Shown: positions 1 through 12,960, numbered from the stretch's first letter. The stretch: DNA of 64,000 bases from Octopus bimaculoides (GCF_001194135.2 NC_068981.1:3413599-3477598); one strand, 5' to 3'. Numbers and translations are program-made. Notes: generated by a model not told the origin, from the letters alone.

Positions 1-999
1 TATATATATGATGATGATGGACTCTCCCGTCGTTAGATGACGTATGAGGGTTCGACAATTTCTTACCAAACAACCACACAGATGATTTGTTTATAATGAT
101 CAAATGTTTGTGAAGACATGAGCTCACTCCCTCCATCAAATCAACATTGCCTGTAGAAGTGCAATGGATGCCACATGTCACATGAAGAAATGATCGTAGA
201 GCAACATGAAATGAAGTGCTTTGCTCAAGAATACAATGCAATGCCCAGTCTGGGAATCGAACCCACGATCTCACAATCACGAGTGCAACACCCTAACCAC
301 TAAGCCATGCACCTTCACACACATATATATATGATATATATACACATATACACATGCATACGTACATATACATGCACATACATACGCACACACACAGACA
401 TGCTGAAGGCACATGGCCTAGTGGTTAAGGGTGTTGCACTCATGATCGTTAGATTGTGAGTTTGATTCCCATGCCAAGCGGTGCATTGTGTTCTTGAGCA
501 AAACCCTTCATTTCACATTGTTCCAGTCCACTCAACTGCAAATGGGGTTCCCTGTGACCAGCGATGTATAACAACATCCAATAGTCTTCTGGATCACATG
601 ATACACACACACGCACACACACACACATAATGTGAGATGTTGTTTTGGAGCATCCTGTACATAAACACAAACATATTATTCGGTCAAGCTAGCAGAATCA
701 TTACCAGACAAAATGTTTCATCGCATTTCAGCTGTATTTCAAAGGGACCGGCCTTGTCATGCTGAATCTCCCTGAGAACTACGTTAAGGGTACACGTGTC
801 TGTGGAGTGCTCAGCCACTTGCGCATTAATTTCACAAGCTGGCTGTTCCATTGATCAGATCAACTGGAACCCTCGTCGTCGTAACCAACAGAGTGCCACG
901 ATGGGTAAATGTGTTGCGTTCCATAGCCAATGGCAAATGATTAGCCAATACCAGTCAGTGGGGTTTGGCACACAGTTTCCTGTGTCGAAGCTCAGCATA

Positions 1000-1030
<31 letters not shown>

Positions 1031-1081
1031 CAGAGAGACAGAGAGAGAGTTTATATATCTATTGGTAGAATGATTACAGTG

Positions 1082-1207
1082 TCTTTCTAAGGGAAAATTT
1101 GAAAGGTGAGAAATTGAAAGAGAGATAGCAGAGTTGTACATGCTCCAAGTTGCACAACTCTGTTGAGCTTATAATTTCTCTCCTTTCAACTTTTCCCTAA
1201 AGAAGGA
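1082..1207. repeat. Imperfect hairpin of about 125 nt
   Basis: Outer arms ctaagggaaaatttgaaaggtgagaaatt / aatttctctcctttcaacttttccctaaag; inner cagagttgtaca / tgcacaactctg. Confidence 0.75.
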
Positions 1208-1638
1208 TGCTGCCAAAAATGTTGGATTTTCTGGTCCTCATGGCAAGTTCACTGTACTCTAATGCACACCAACACCAGCCTCTTTAGATCACTCTTCACT
1301 CTCTGATAATGATTTCTCAACATAAGGAAAATAAACCCAGAAGTGATTGTCTCCCCTTGAGAAGCAGTTCCCAGTGATATCACCAAATGTACCGTGCTTG
1401 TGTAGACTTGTTAAGCCAAGTGAGATTACGGTCATGCCCAATGCCGGTGTCACATCAATGGCACTTGTGCTGGTGGCATGTAAAAAGCACCCACTACACT
1501 CTTGGAGTGGTTGGCATTAGGAGGGACGTCCAGCCACAGAAACCATGCAAAAACTGAGACTTGGAGCAAGACGTGTGTGTCCTACTAGTCATTCGATCCT
1601 TTTAAACCATCCAACGTGTGCTAGCATGAAAAACAAAC

Positions 1639-1674
<36 letters not shown>

Positions 1675-1934
1675 TGTGCGCACGCGTACATGAATGTGTG
1701 TATTTTTTATATCTTTTGCTAATGTATACAGATAAAAATGAAAATGTTGTCAAGGAAATAAACAATTGCTTCTGAACAATAATAAAAACATTGTGATATT
1801 TGTTCCACCCATATTGTACACAGACACTCCCTTGATACTCTGACCACTGTACATGCAGTGACCCAGTGAAAAACCTGTAACCATCAACAGAATAATTTAC
1901 AAAGGCAAGCTAAATAAAACATTGATACTTGCAG

Positions 1935-2115
1935 TGTGGAGAAGAAATATTGGTGAGACCCTTTCGTAATTCTGCTGCCAGATTTCAGTTATGAGCACAA
2001 CCAGATACTATTTCATGGAGGCGGCAAAACCAAACATGTGTGTGCTGCAGTAGATTCCAGTTCTCCAGCTGACGTGAATGTCATACGAAAAGTCAGTAAA
2101 CAACCAAGATTGAAA
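1935..2115 (+). mobile_element. Restriction-like endonuclease fragment of an R2/R4/CRE-type non-LTR element
   Basis: Frameshifted pieces read EKKYW*D, HNQ/QPDTISW and VDSSSPADVNVIRKVSK, resembling the W.D...HN.PD...(D/E).S.PAD.N...K..K signature. Confidence 0.5.
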
Positions 2116-2327
2116 TGAAGAGTGGTATTTCTAAATAAAAATTGATATTTCTGTAAACCTAATAGGCCAGACAGTAAAGCTCTATCTAGACCCTTCCTCC
2201 GCACACTGTCATTTGGCAATTTCTGAAGGTCTGTCTTTGACATCAGTTCTTTGCAGTACCAAGACTACAGTAGCAAAGTGGTAACCACCCTAAATTTCAC
2301 CAACAGATCAAAAGTAGACGTCCAATA

Positions 2328-2417
<90 letters not shown>

Positions 2418-2484
2418 GTACTGTTTTATGATGGTAAGATCAATAAAAAAAGTGCTCAATTTGGTGTGAGATAAGAAGTGTTAC

Positions 2485-2815
2485 ACCCTGACAGTGGAGA
2501 GAACCTGTGGAAGAGGTAGACCCAGGAAGACATGGGATGAGGTGGTGAAGCACAACCTTCGAACGTTGGGCCTCATGGAGGCAATGACAAGTGACTGAGA
2601 CCTTTGGAGATATGCTCTGCTTGAGAAAACCCAACAAGCCAAGTGAGATCATAACTAGTGTCGCATAACTGATCCGTTTAAAAGTACCCTTCAATCGTCG
2701 GATAATATACTGTGCTTGAGAAGACCTGTTGAGTCTAGTGAAACCGTAGTCGTGGCCGATGCCAGTGCCACTTAACTGGCACCTGTGCTAGTGGCATGTA
2801 AAAAGCACCATACAG
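2485..2815 (+). mobile_element. RTE LINE 3' fragment
   Basis: gaacctgtggaagaggtagacccaggaagacatgggatgagg (GRGRPRKTW), homologous to 53100-53370. Confidence 0.7.
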
Positions 2816-2904
2816 GCAGTGCCTGAAGATGGTGCTGTCCGGCATGCTCCCATCACATGGAACTAATAGTAACACATAAAAACATATATTGTGTTTATTA
2901 ATTG

Positions 2905-2949
<45 letters not shown>

Positions 2950-3103
2950 TGTCAGACAGAATTGGTTCAGGTATAGATTTTACAGTTGGATGCCCTTCCT
3001 GTGGCCAATCCTCATCTGTTTTCAAACAAGGAAATATTTCTTCAAAGTCGGACATGTTTTCACAGAATATTGGAAATGAAGGTCAGCAGAAGCTGAAAGA
3101 TAC

Positions 3104-3201
<98 letters not shown>

Positions 3202-3834
3202 TTAAAGTCTGTTATCCATGCTGGCATGGGTTGGATGGTTTGACCAGGGCTGGTAAGTTGAGGGTCTGCACCAGGCTCCAGTCTGATTTGGCATGGTTTT
3301 CCATGGCTGGATGCTCTTCCTAATGCCAACCACTCTGAGAGTATAATGGCTGCTTCTTCGTGCAAGTGGTACAGGTGCCATTTGCGTGACTCCAGGGTTC
3401 ATTTACATGCCACTGGTATGGGTACCAATTTGTGTGACACCAGTATCTGCCACAACTGCGATTTTGCTCAGCTTGATGGGTCTTCTTCTCAAGCATGACA
3501 TAATGCCAAAGGTCTTGGTCATTGCCTCCGTGAGCCAAAACACTCAAAAGGATCTCAGCCACTTTGCCTCCATATTTATACAGTGCATCTGCTTGTGTGT
3601 GGCTTTGTCTTGACACATAATGTGATGGTTGTTAGTGAACTAATATCACTATCATACAATCAATGTTGTTTGTTTCCAGTATTTCATGAGAAATGTGTCT
3701 GGCCAAAAGGAAAAATTACCTGATTTGAAAACAGCTGAGGGTTGGTGACAGGAAGTGCATCCACTTGTAGAAAATCTGTCTTAACAAGTTCTGTTCAATT
3801 CATGCGAACATGGAAAAGTGGAGGCTAATACAAT

Positions 3835-4212
3835 GAGGTTGATAATGATGATGATGTTTGTGTTGGTGAGGATGATGATGTTGCTTTTGTTGATAATAAT
3901 GATGATGATGATGCTGTTGATGTTTATGATAGTGATGATGATGTTTACAATGGTGATGATGATACTTGTAATGATGATGTTTATGATGGTGGTGATGATG
4001 ATCTTGCTTTTGTTGATAATAATAATGATGATGATGATGCTGTTGATGTTTATGATAGTGATGATGATGTTTACAATGGTGATGATGATGTTTATGATGG
4101 TGGTGATGATGATGATGATACATGTAATGGTGGTTGTGGTGGTGGTGATGATGAGATTCTTTGTGATAGTAATGGCAATGATGTTATTTACGATGATGAT
4201 GATGATGATGAG
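3835..4212. repeat. Degenerate (ATG)n tract with an internal duplication of about 120 bp
   Basis: The block ttgcttttgttgataataat...gtttacaatggtgatgatgat occurs twice. It explains the His-rich and Met-rich ORFs. Confidence 0.85.
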
Positions 4213-4869
4213 TGAAGGGCTGAAATTTTATACACCTCTGAACAGCAACATCTGCTTAAGTCGGACAAAATCAGTGTTATTAATAAGCAAAGAAATGCTG
4301 GTTTTTGACCTTTGACACACATCAACGTGTCAATGGGTTGACCTCGCTGTCAGTTCCATAACCAAACAGAAATTAGCTACACACCTGGGTTATCACGCAA
4401 CTATTGTTGGCTGCCAGCAAAACCGGAGAACAGGCAGAAAGAAACGGAAGAATTTAGAGAATAAAAAGGAGACTATGATATAAACTAAATGTTATTCGCT
4501 TTGATGATAATAGCAGAGAGATATGTTTCAGCTGCAAACACCTTTAGATCTTTTGATTCTAATCTGAGATCGTATCTGTTCCGTGGAACAAACATCTCAT
4601 TTTAAATCTTATCTAAATTAAAACCTTCCATCAATATTTTATGTTGATTTATATTCTGCCAAGGTCGACTGGCTTTCATCCTTTCAGGGATGAAAAAACA
4701 AAACACCAGCTGAACACTGGGATTGATGTAATCAACTTACCCCCCCCCCCCTCTTCTGAAATTGTTAGCCCTTCAGATTTTAGCTGTAGTTTACCCACAT
4801 TGCTCAGTTAAAAATGGAATGGCCATACATACGGAAATCCCTAAGGAAATCCATTAATACAATTAATAC

Positions 4870-5170
4870 TTTGGCACGGAGCCGACACTAGACTTCAATG
4901 GAGACATACAGAGAAACTTTATCAGAGACTAACTCGTCTTTCAAGCCATCTAAAGTTCCCGTGTAGATGTAGAGACTCAAAGCTAAACAAAATAACACCA
5001 GCAAAAGAAGAATACCTTAGGAATGAGAACAGAGGACCCCATTAGTCAAATAAAGGGTTGGGTTTGAAATTCCACCAGAACACCTGATGAAGGCTGGAGA
5101 ATACATCAGCTGAAATGTGATAACAACAAACCAGATGAGGACACCTGTTCGTCCATTGTAAATAAATCCA
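4870..5170 (+). mobile_element. Penelope-like element remnant: N-terminal ORF fragment joined to a pseudo-LTR carrying a hammerhead
   Basis: 4899-4985 translates WRHTEKLYQRLTRLSSHLKFPCRCRDSKL, resembling the EKL..KL.R...HL.FL.RC motif I recall from PLE ORF N-termini. It is followed by aataccttaggaatgagaac and the family A hammerhead, both shared with 6985-7320. Confidence 0.45.
5078..5120 (+). ncRNA. Family A hammerhead remnant
   Basis: AACAC CTGATGA A GGCTG gagaatacat CAGCT GAAA TG. The 3' half of stem I is degraded. Confidence 0.4.
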
Positions 5171-6090
5171 TTAGCATTATCAAACCTTAGGGCAGTGAAT
5201 AAACAGAATCATTAGCATGCTGGGCAAAATGTTTAGTGGTATTTTGTCCATCTTTATGTTCTGAGTTCAAATTCTGTCGAGGTCAACTTTGCCTTTCATC
5301 CTTTTCGGATTGATAAAATAAATACCAGTTATGCGCTGGTATCGATATAAACGGTTTACCCCACCTCCTGAATTTGCTGGCTTTGTGTCAAAAATTGAAA
5401 TTAATGCTTCAAGTTGATTTATGTCCCAAACATCCAAAATTCCAAAATTCTTCATTATTTCCAAAATTAACAGAAACAAAGGCAGTGTATTTCAATGACG
5501 ATATGGTAACAAAAAGGATTAATAATGCAACAGAGACTCATGATGGACAGGTAATGAAGGTGAGACAGGTGTGATGAACAGGTAGTTTGGCTGCAACATA
5601 GAATTAACAGGTAGTGTAGTTGAGACAGGTGAGACATATATGATTGACAGGTATGAAGCTGAAACACATTTCATTAACAGGTAATATATCTGAGAAAGAT
5701 ATATGATCAGCAGGTATTTTTCATTATTTGTCTAGGATAACATTCCTAGTACTGTCTGATTGTGACATTCAGAATAGAAAAAAAAGGTTGAAAGTGCTCA
5801 AATGAAATAATTATCAGACCAATAAAGACAGCTGTAGCAATTATTGAAGTATACACTGTCTAGAAACTTCTTATAAATTTCAATTTTAATATTCTTTTAT
5901 TATCTTATTTGTTTCAGTCATTTGACTGCAGCCATACTGGATGGAGTACCATCTTAAAGGCTTTTAGTTAGAGAAATCGATCCCAGATTTATTCTTTGTA
6001 AGTCTAATACTTATTCTATCAGTCTCTTTTGCTGAACTGCTAAGTTACGGGGACATAAACACAGACACAAAGACACACATATACATATAC

Positions 6091-6151
<61 letters not shown>

Positions 6152-7032
6152 ACAGGCTTCTTTCAGTTTCCATCTACCAAACCCACTCACAAAGCTTTGG
6201 ATGGCCTAAGGCTATAGTAGGAGACACTTGCCCAAGGTGTCCTGCAGTGGGACTGAAGCTGGAACCATGTGGTTGGGAAGCAAGCTTCTTACCACACAGC
6301 CACTCCTGCACCTATTGGTAATGTTTTTTTTCTTTTTTTATCAAGCCCCAAATGGATGAAAAATCAATGAACACACTGGAAACAGACTCTTCAATGCCTG
6401 GATGATTCACTAGAAGAGGTTGACAGCTTTTGTTAACTAACAGGGGAGTTGGTTACTCTGAAAATACAGTAACTTGAATAAGAACAGGTTGGAGAAAGTT
6501 CAGGGAGCTACTACAAATATTAACTTTAAATCTGGGGTTGGCAAGCTTCTCATACCATTGACTCCTTTCATGGAATCGTTGATAACTTATTGACCACCCC
6601 TTATGCACATTTCTAAAATAGAAATAAGGAAAGAAGTCTTGATCTCATCATCATCATCATTGTCATCGTTTAACGTCCGCTTTCCATGCTGGCATGGGTT
6701 GGATGGTTTGGCTGAGGACTGGCAAACCAGAGGGCTACACCAGGCACCAATCCAAGCTGACAAGGTTTCTACAGCTGGATGCCCTTCCTCTTTTGTTGTT
6801 TTATGTCATTACTACTTTTTAATAAAAAATATTTAAAGAATTCTAATAAAAATACATAACAAAATTGATAAAGAACAATAAAAACTCAGTAGTATTATAT
6901 TGATACAGTTGTAATATTTAATGTGAAACGTGTTTGATGAATATTAATTACTGCATCAATATTTGGCTGGAAATTAGAGAGTTTAACATTATTTACATTT
7001 GACGGATATTTGCCTTCATCTTGTTTGTTGTT

Positions 7033-7078
7033 AACACAACATTTCAGCTGATATACCCTCCAGCCTTCATCAGGTGTC
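7033..7078 (-). ncRNA. Minimal hammerhead motif, family A
   Basis: Minus strand: GACAC CTGATGA A GGCTG gagggtatat CAGCT GAAA TG TT GTGTT. 5-bp stem I, with CpG-type decay. Confidence 0.55.
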
Positions 7079-7225
7079 TTGGGGAAATTTCAAACCTGGG
7101 TTCTCATTCCTAAGGTATTTTTTGATGTTACTATTATTATTATTATTATTTAGTATTATTATTCAGGTCACTGAATAACATCGAAAAATACCTTAGGAAT
7201 GAGAATCCAGGTTCGAAATTTCCCC

Positions 7226-7270
7226 AAGGCACTTGATGTAGGCTGGAGGGTATATCAGCCGAAACGGGTT
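7226..7270 (+). ncRNA. Family A hammerhead, inverted partner (core mutated)
   Basis: GGCAC TTGATGT A GGCTG gagggtatat CAGCC GAAA CG. Confidence 0.4.
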
Positions 7271-7507
7271 AACAAGAAACAAGATGAGAACAAATATCTG
7301 TCAAATGTAAATAATGTATATAATTCCTGATCTCTTAAATATAGAACTGTAAAGAGTTTAAACCTTAAATTACCAAAACTCTTCCAGATTCAGTTTGTTA
7401 ATAATTGAGTATCCTTAATGTTAGAATTATTTCAGGTGTTTATTGATCCCTTGGAAAGCCCCAGAGATCTCCAGGGGTCAATACTGACCACTTAACTGGC
7501 TTCTGAT

Positions 7508-7729
7508 TTAACCCTTTAGCATTCAAATTATTCTGTCAAATGTATTGCTTATTTATTTACTTTGAATTAATCATGGATTATCTTGCAATTTTGAGATTTT
7601 GATTATGTGATTATTTTTAGAGTGACATTCATTGTAGGGTAGGTGTGAGAAGCTGGATATGGATAATTTGAACATTAAACGGGAAGAATACTTTGACTGG
7701 ATATGGCTGGTTTAAATGGAAAGGGTTAA
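7508..7729. mobile_element. piggyBac-like MITE
   Basis: TTAA|CCCTTT ... AAAGGG|TTAA termini. A related inverted partial copy lies at about 8057-8257. Confidence 0.65.
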
Positions 7730-7749
7730 ATGAATAAAGGAACTTAACT

Positions 7750-7827
7750 TTACACCCAGCTACAACAGATATGTTTAAAGACAACATTTCTTAAAATGGC
7801 AATTGTGAAGTAATGAATGACGAAGAT
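7750..7827 (-). CDS. Candidate terminal coding exon G (IFVIHYFTIAILRNVVFKHICCSWV*)
   Basis: Acceptor T-run followed by gtgtaacctAG. The phase-0 frame runs to TAA at 7752-7750. Confidence 0.25.
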   Translation of the reverse strand: MFVIHYFTIAILRNVVFKHICCSWV

Positions 7828-9801
7828 CTAGGTTACACAAAAAAAAAAAAATGAAAACTATGAAGTTTGTTAAAGGAAAAAAAGGCTATGAAATTTATTA
7901 AAGAATAAAAAGAGAGATTTAACGTCTAGATTAATAACAACTTGGTTCCAAAACTTTCAAAATGCTTCATCGCCAAATGTTTGATATCATAAGAATTTTG
8001 TAGGACTGTCCTTGATTAGATTACACCAGGTTTCATTTACATCATTTGATCTGTATTTAAACTAGCCATATCTGGCTCAAATGTTCTGCCTGTTTCATGT
8101 TCAAAATGTCAAAATCTGGCCTCTGCAATGTCATTCAAAATGTATACAGTCATGTCATAGAAATCTCGAAGTTACAAGATACTGAAAGATTAATTCAAAT
8201 CAATGGGAATTAATAAGTATTCAATTTGATAGAATTATCCAAATGCTAAAGGGTTAAACTTGTCTGTAAAACTAAATATTAAAGCAAAGATATAAACGGT
8301 AAAATTACTAGATAAAAGGTGAAACTGTTAGTTGTGGTGTAAGACTGTATTAACATCTCATTTCTTTCATAGGACATAGGACTTAGCAGGCACAAAGTTA
8401 GCTCTTGCAAAATAAAGTATAGAGAGTAAATAAATAGAGAAATCACATGAGGTTAAACTGACATTGGCTGACACAAATTAAACTTCATAAAACTATCGTT
8501 AATATTCTTTTATGAATAATATTTAAATAGCTGTTGAGTAGCTTAACAACAATTCTGGCAGGATATATATTACATATATGGGGGAAATTATTTAGCTGTC
8601 AGCAATAACATGTGTCTTTATTAATGAATGTTAATAGAAAGATCTCATCACAGTTAACTGCAAGCTGGGATGTTACAGAGAGAAAGAAAAATATTCCCTG
8701 GAGTGGAATATATGGTAATAAATCTTGAAATATGATATTGTTAAAATGTTAGATAAAACTCATTTCCTATCAGATTCATCATCATCAGCATTATCATCAT
8801 TTAATGCCTGCCTTCCATGCTGGCATGGGTTGGACATTTCAACAGGATCTGACTAACATGAAGATTACGTTTGTCTCCAGTGAGTGTCTGTTTTGGCAAA
8901 GTTTCTCTGACAGAATGCCTGCCCTAATGCTAACCACTTTACAGAATGTCCTGGGTGCATGTTTTTGTGACATCAGCACTCATGAGGTCACAAAGTAATT
9001 TGCATGACAAGATACCATGAGAGTGAGGAGGGGGTTCTATTGAGGGAGGAAGCTTTGAGTCCTACCACAGCAAGAAAAGGAGAAAGGATGGAGGAGATGA
9101 GATATCAGGGTGTACCCTAAGATACAAGAAGGTCGAACAAGGACAAAGAATAAGGGCAGAGAATAGAGGATAGCTGGAGGGGTAGGTAGGTTTGCAAGAG
9201 TATGAAAGAAGAGTGGCAGACAGTAGAGATGAGGATAGAAGTGAATAATGAATATGGATAAAGGTATGAGCAATGGGGATTCTCAGTTTGGTGGCAGGGG
9301 ATGTAAAGAAAATGAGAATGGTTCATGGAAGAGAAGGTGAGAGATGGTAAAACAAACAAAACAAAAAAAAATTGCTCTTTCAATCTAATAAAAAAATTTT
9401 TGTTAATGATTTTTATGTTAAGTATTTTTTCTTATTAGTTTGTTGAGGCTGATTTTTTTTTAGGGATTTGCCCTTCCTATTGCTAATCTTCACCTGTTTC
9501 TAAGCAAGATAATATTTTCCCCATGCTGAGACAAGCAGAATATTGGAAAGGAACGACACTGCTTGTAGGACAGTGACACTCATTTACAGCTATCACAATG
9601 CCAAGACAAGGAAACACACACAATAGGCTTCTTTCAGTTTCCATCTAGCAAATCCACTCGCAAGGCTTTCGTTGGCCCAGAGCTATAGTAGAAGACCCTT
9701 GCTCAAAGTACCTCTTACTGGGATTGAACCCAAAGCCATGTGGTTGTGAAGCAAACCTCTTAACCATACAGCCACACCTGCATCTTTACATCAATATTTA
9801 C

Positions 9802-9842
9802 CTCCTGAGAGGAAGATGTTTGTACATCATAGATACACAGTG
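9802..9842 (-). CDS. Candidate exon F (ALCIYDVQTSSSQE)
   Basis: Acceptor tttttgtttgtctctttacgcaaataaacAG, donor GAG|gtaaat, 41 nt, phase 1 to 0. Two frames are open. Confidence 0.35.
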
Positions 9843-10020
9843 CTGTTTATTTGCGTAAAGAGACAAACAAAAATGTAAGATTTAAAACATTCCAATATTT
9901 AAATATTGAGCTTCTTGTTGCCGGGGCTGTAATTCAAGCTACACAGGTCAGCGAGACTGACTAAACTAAAAAAGATTTTCTGACAAAGATACTTGTTAAA
10001 AAATATAAATTTAGCCTCAC

Positions 10021-10060
10021 CAATCATCTTATTGCTTCCTCTACAAAAGTATTATGCAAC
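10021..10060 (-). CDS. Candidate exon E (LHNTFVEEAIKMI)
   Basis: Donor TTG|gtgagg. Acceptor is ambiguous: ccaAG gives 40 nt (phase 0), ttttgtAG gives 21 nt. It ends in phase 1, matching exon F. Confidence 0.3.
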
Positions 10061-10600
10061 TTGGCATGTTTGTCAAATTGTTTTAAAATTTTCCATTAGT
10101 TATTTATAACATTTAATAGTAAGTTAGTCATTTGATTGCATGCGTGCGTGTGTATGCATGTAAATGTCTGCATCTACAAACATACACATACATATATATA
10201 AACACACACACACACTCATTATGCTAGGTTTCTGTTGGTAGTCTTGGCAGCAACTCTGGCTCACTTAATATCACCATATGTATAAGTGTATATAATGTTA
10301 TAGTCAAGTGTGTGTATGTGTGTATATTCATGTCTGTATGCATAGTAATGATATATTCATCTTCTAAACTTTATTTCTCATTTTATACTTCCTATTTAAT
10401 ATGACTTCCTTTCTCGCCCCACCTACTCACCCCATCTTCCACAAAATATTCCAATTTCATCCATCACCATTGTTCAGTTGTGCTGTCGGTAAATAGTAGT
10501 AAAAATACTTTGTTGTTGCTATAGTAATTCGGCTAAAATCCAAATGCCCAAATGTAGAAGAATGTGCAGATTCTAGATGTAACTTGCCCAAGATTCCCAG

Positions 10601-10813
10601 TTAACCATTTCGTTACCAACCCGGCTGAAACTGGCTCTGGCTCTGTAGTACAAATGTCTTGTTTTCATAAGTTTTGAATTAAAATCTTCCACCAAACCTT
10701 AGTCACAATTTATGTTCCTAACGAAGTTATTTTACTAAATTCTTTGTTGTATTTAAAATTAATTGAAAGAAACACAGAGCATCTCGAAATAAATATAGTA
10801 ATGAAAGGGTTAA
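10601..10813. mobile_element. piggyBac-like MITE, second family
   Basis: TTAA|CCATTTCGTTACC ... AAAGGG|TTAA. Related copies at about 26570-26791, 43720-44800 (interrupted by SINEs), 56180-56669 (interrupted) and 58090-58425. Confidence 0.6.
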
Positions 10814-11929
10814 AATGGAATGACCACACATACAGAAATCCATTGATATCATCAAATCGTCAGGCAGTGAACTGGTAGCATTGTTAGCACACCAGGCAAA
10901 ATGCTTAGTGGCATTTTGTCCATCTTTACATTCTGAGTTCAAATCCCACTAAGGTCGACTTTGCCTTTTATCCTTTTGGAGTCGATAAAATAAGTACCAG
11001 TCATGCACTGGGGTCAATATAAATGATTTACCCTCACCCTGAACTTGCTGGCCCTGTGCCAAAATTTGAAACCATTGTTATCAAACCTTTGTGGTTGAAA
11101 ATTATTACAATACCTGTTGTACTGTGATAGCTTCCTTCTCATCAAATGGCACGTAAAAAGCACCCACTACACTCTCGGAGTGGTTGGCATTAGGAAGGGC
11201 ATCCAGCTCTAGAAACATTGCCAGATCAGATAGGAGCCTGGTGAGGCCTCCTGGCTTGCCAGTCCCCAGTCAAACCGTCCAACCCATGCCAGCATGGAAA
11301 ACGGACCTTAAATGATCATGATCATGATGATATCTCTTCATTGTCATCACTACTGTTCTAATATCCACCTTTCCATGCTTGTATGGGTTGGGCAGAGTTT
11401 GTTGAAACAGATTTTTTCTACAGTTGGACGCCTTTCCTGTCACTAACCTTTATCCATTTCCAAGCAAGGTAATATTCCCCAGGGCCAGAATACTGAAAAT
11501 GAATGACTGCTTGTAGGACAGTGATGCTCATTTACAACTCATTCGATGTCAAGATAAAGAGGCATTAACACACACTAACACTCCCTACACTCCCCCCCCC
11601 CCACACGCACATGGTAGGCTTCTTTCAGTTTCCATCCACCAAATCCACTAACACGGTTTCGGTCAGCCCAGAGCTATTGTAGAAAACACTTGCCTATGAT
11701 GCAATGCAGTGGAATTGAACTCAGAGCCATGGAGTCGGGAAGCAGCAAACTTCTCCACCACACAGACATCTTTAGATCAATATTCATCTTTAAGGAGGAG
11801 TAAATATTGAAGGTGAGCAAACTTGCAAGTATTGTTTCTATGACAACAAGCTGAGAGGTGGTGGTGGTTTATCATTCAAATTACAAAAAGAATTTATTCC
11901 ATTAAACTAATCCCATTTTTACAGTGTTA

Positions 11930-12061
11930 ATGGTCAGGATCTCCAGAGAGGAAGTCTACAAAGTGAAACACGGCAGCTTCCGGGTCCCCAAGGAATTTCC
12001 TCTCAAACCACAACAGGCTGTCACTTTATTTATCTATTTTTTTGTGGGAGTAGCCCTTTGA
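11930..12061 (+). CDS. Candidate small ORF or terminal exon, 43 aa, with a C-terminal hydrophobic tail
   Basis: MVRISREEVYKVKHGSFRVPKEFPLKPQQAVTLFIYFFVGVAL*. It follows a well-formed 112-nt intron (GAAG|gtgagc at 11813; ctaat branch; tttttacAG at 11924). No homology recognised. Confidence 0.2.
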   Translation: MVRISREEVYKVKHGSFRVPKEFPLKPQQAVTLFIYFFVGVAL

Positions 12062-12490
12062 GATATTCACAGGGCCCTCACCTCCAAATCAATGGACTGG
12101 ATGAATCCTGCCATCTCTTGGAGGCTTCGGTTATGATTGCACTTAATAAACCTGATCATCCTGTTTGTTGAGATTCAGGTAGTTTCTTTCTGTGGCCTGG
12201 CAACATTTATTTTTTGTGGAGTTGCTCACTCATGCGTAATTAGAGCAGATGTTTTACATTGATCTATGTTCATTGATCTATGTTTGTTTATATATTTTCT
12301 TCGTTGCATTTTTTCTTTTGTTATGCCTTCCTCAATGTCAATTCTAATTCATCTGCTGTGGTATGTGTTGTTTATCTGTAGTTAAGTACGAGGTCAGAGT
12401 CTGTTGATATGTACGAGGTTAAAGTGGTCTAATTTTGACCTAGTACCAACATTAGAAATAATAATTATAATTATTATTAGTAGTAGTATT

Positions 12491-12960
12491 GAGTGAGAGA
12501 GCAGTGCATGCCATCAAAGTGACATTGGGGTAAAATATACGAAGCCCATTATACCCATCATGACTACCCGTCTGATAAGGGTACATCACAACCATATGTG
12601 CGCGACATGGTGATTTCATATCAATATAAACAGCGCATGACCTTGCAGGTGGGACCCAGTTAGAATTTTCTTCAGGTCAAGTAGCCCATCCTGCTCAAAA
12701 GGTCCCTGAATAAGTGTTGTTTAAGGATGCTGAATGAAACACCAATGTTTCCAGAGGTGAATTATCCAAACCCCAAAGAATTCCCCTCAACACATGGCTA
12801 TGATGCTCCCCCACTACTTCTGCTCCTGATCAGAGATGCACATATCATCGTCAGCCACCAAGGGACATACTGAAGTGGTCAAGGTCAAACAACCCACAAG
12901 CAAATCTGTGGAATTGAGCAGAATATTTGCTGTAGTCCATCTTTTATACCAAGACAAAAA
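12491..12960 (-). mobile_element. Second copy of the (AAT)n-tailed repeat
   Basis: gagtgagagagcagtgcatgccatcaaagtgac... is shared with 23306. Confidence 0.7.

Larger units (their letters stand above)
6985..7320. mobile_element. Pair of inverted Penelope-like pseudo-LTR fragments around a (TTA)n spacer
   Basis: Arms of about 140 bp (6987-7128 and 7176-7318) are reverse complements, and each holds a family A hammerhead. Confidence 0.65.

Noticed and set aside
1989-2137. + strand terminal exon YEHNQILFHGGGKTKHVCAAVDSSSPADVNVIRKVSKQPRLK*
   Set aside because: It is better explained as a frameshifted restriction-like endonuclease remnant of a non-LTR element.
3800-4315. His-rich 107-aa and Met-rich 165-aa ORFs
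   Set aside because: They are translations of a degenerate (ATG)n tract on opposite strands, with no splice or codon evidence.
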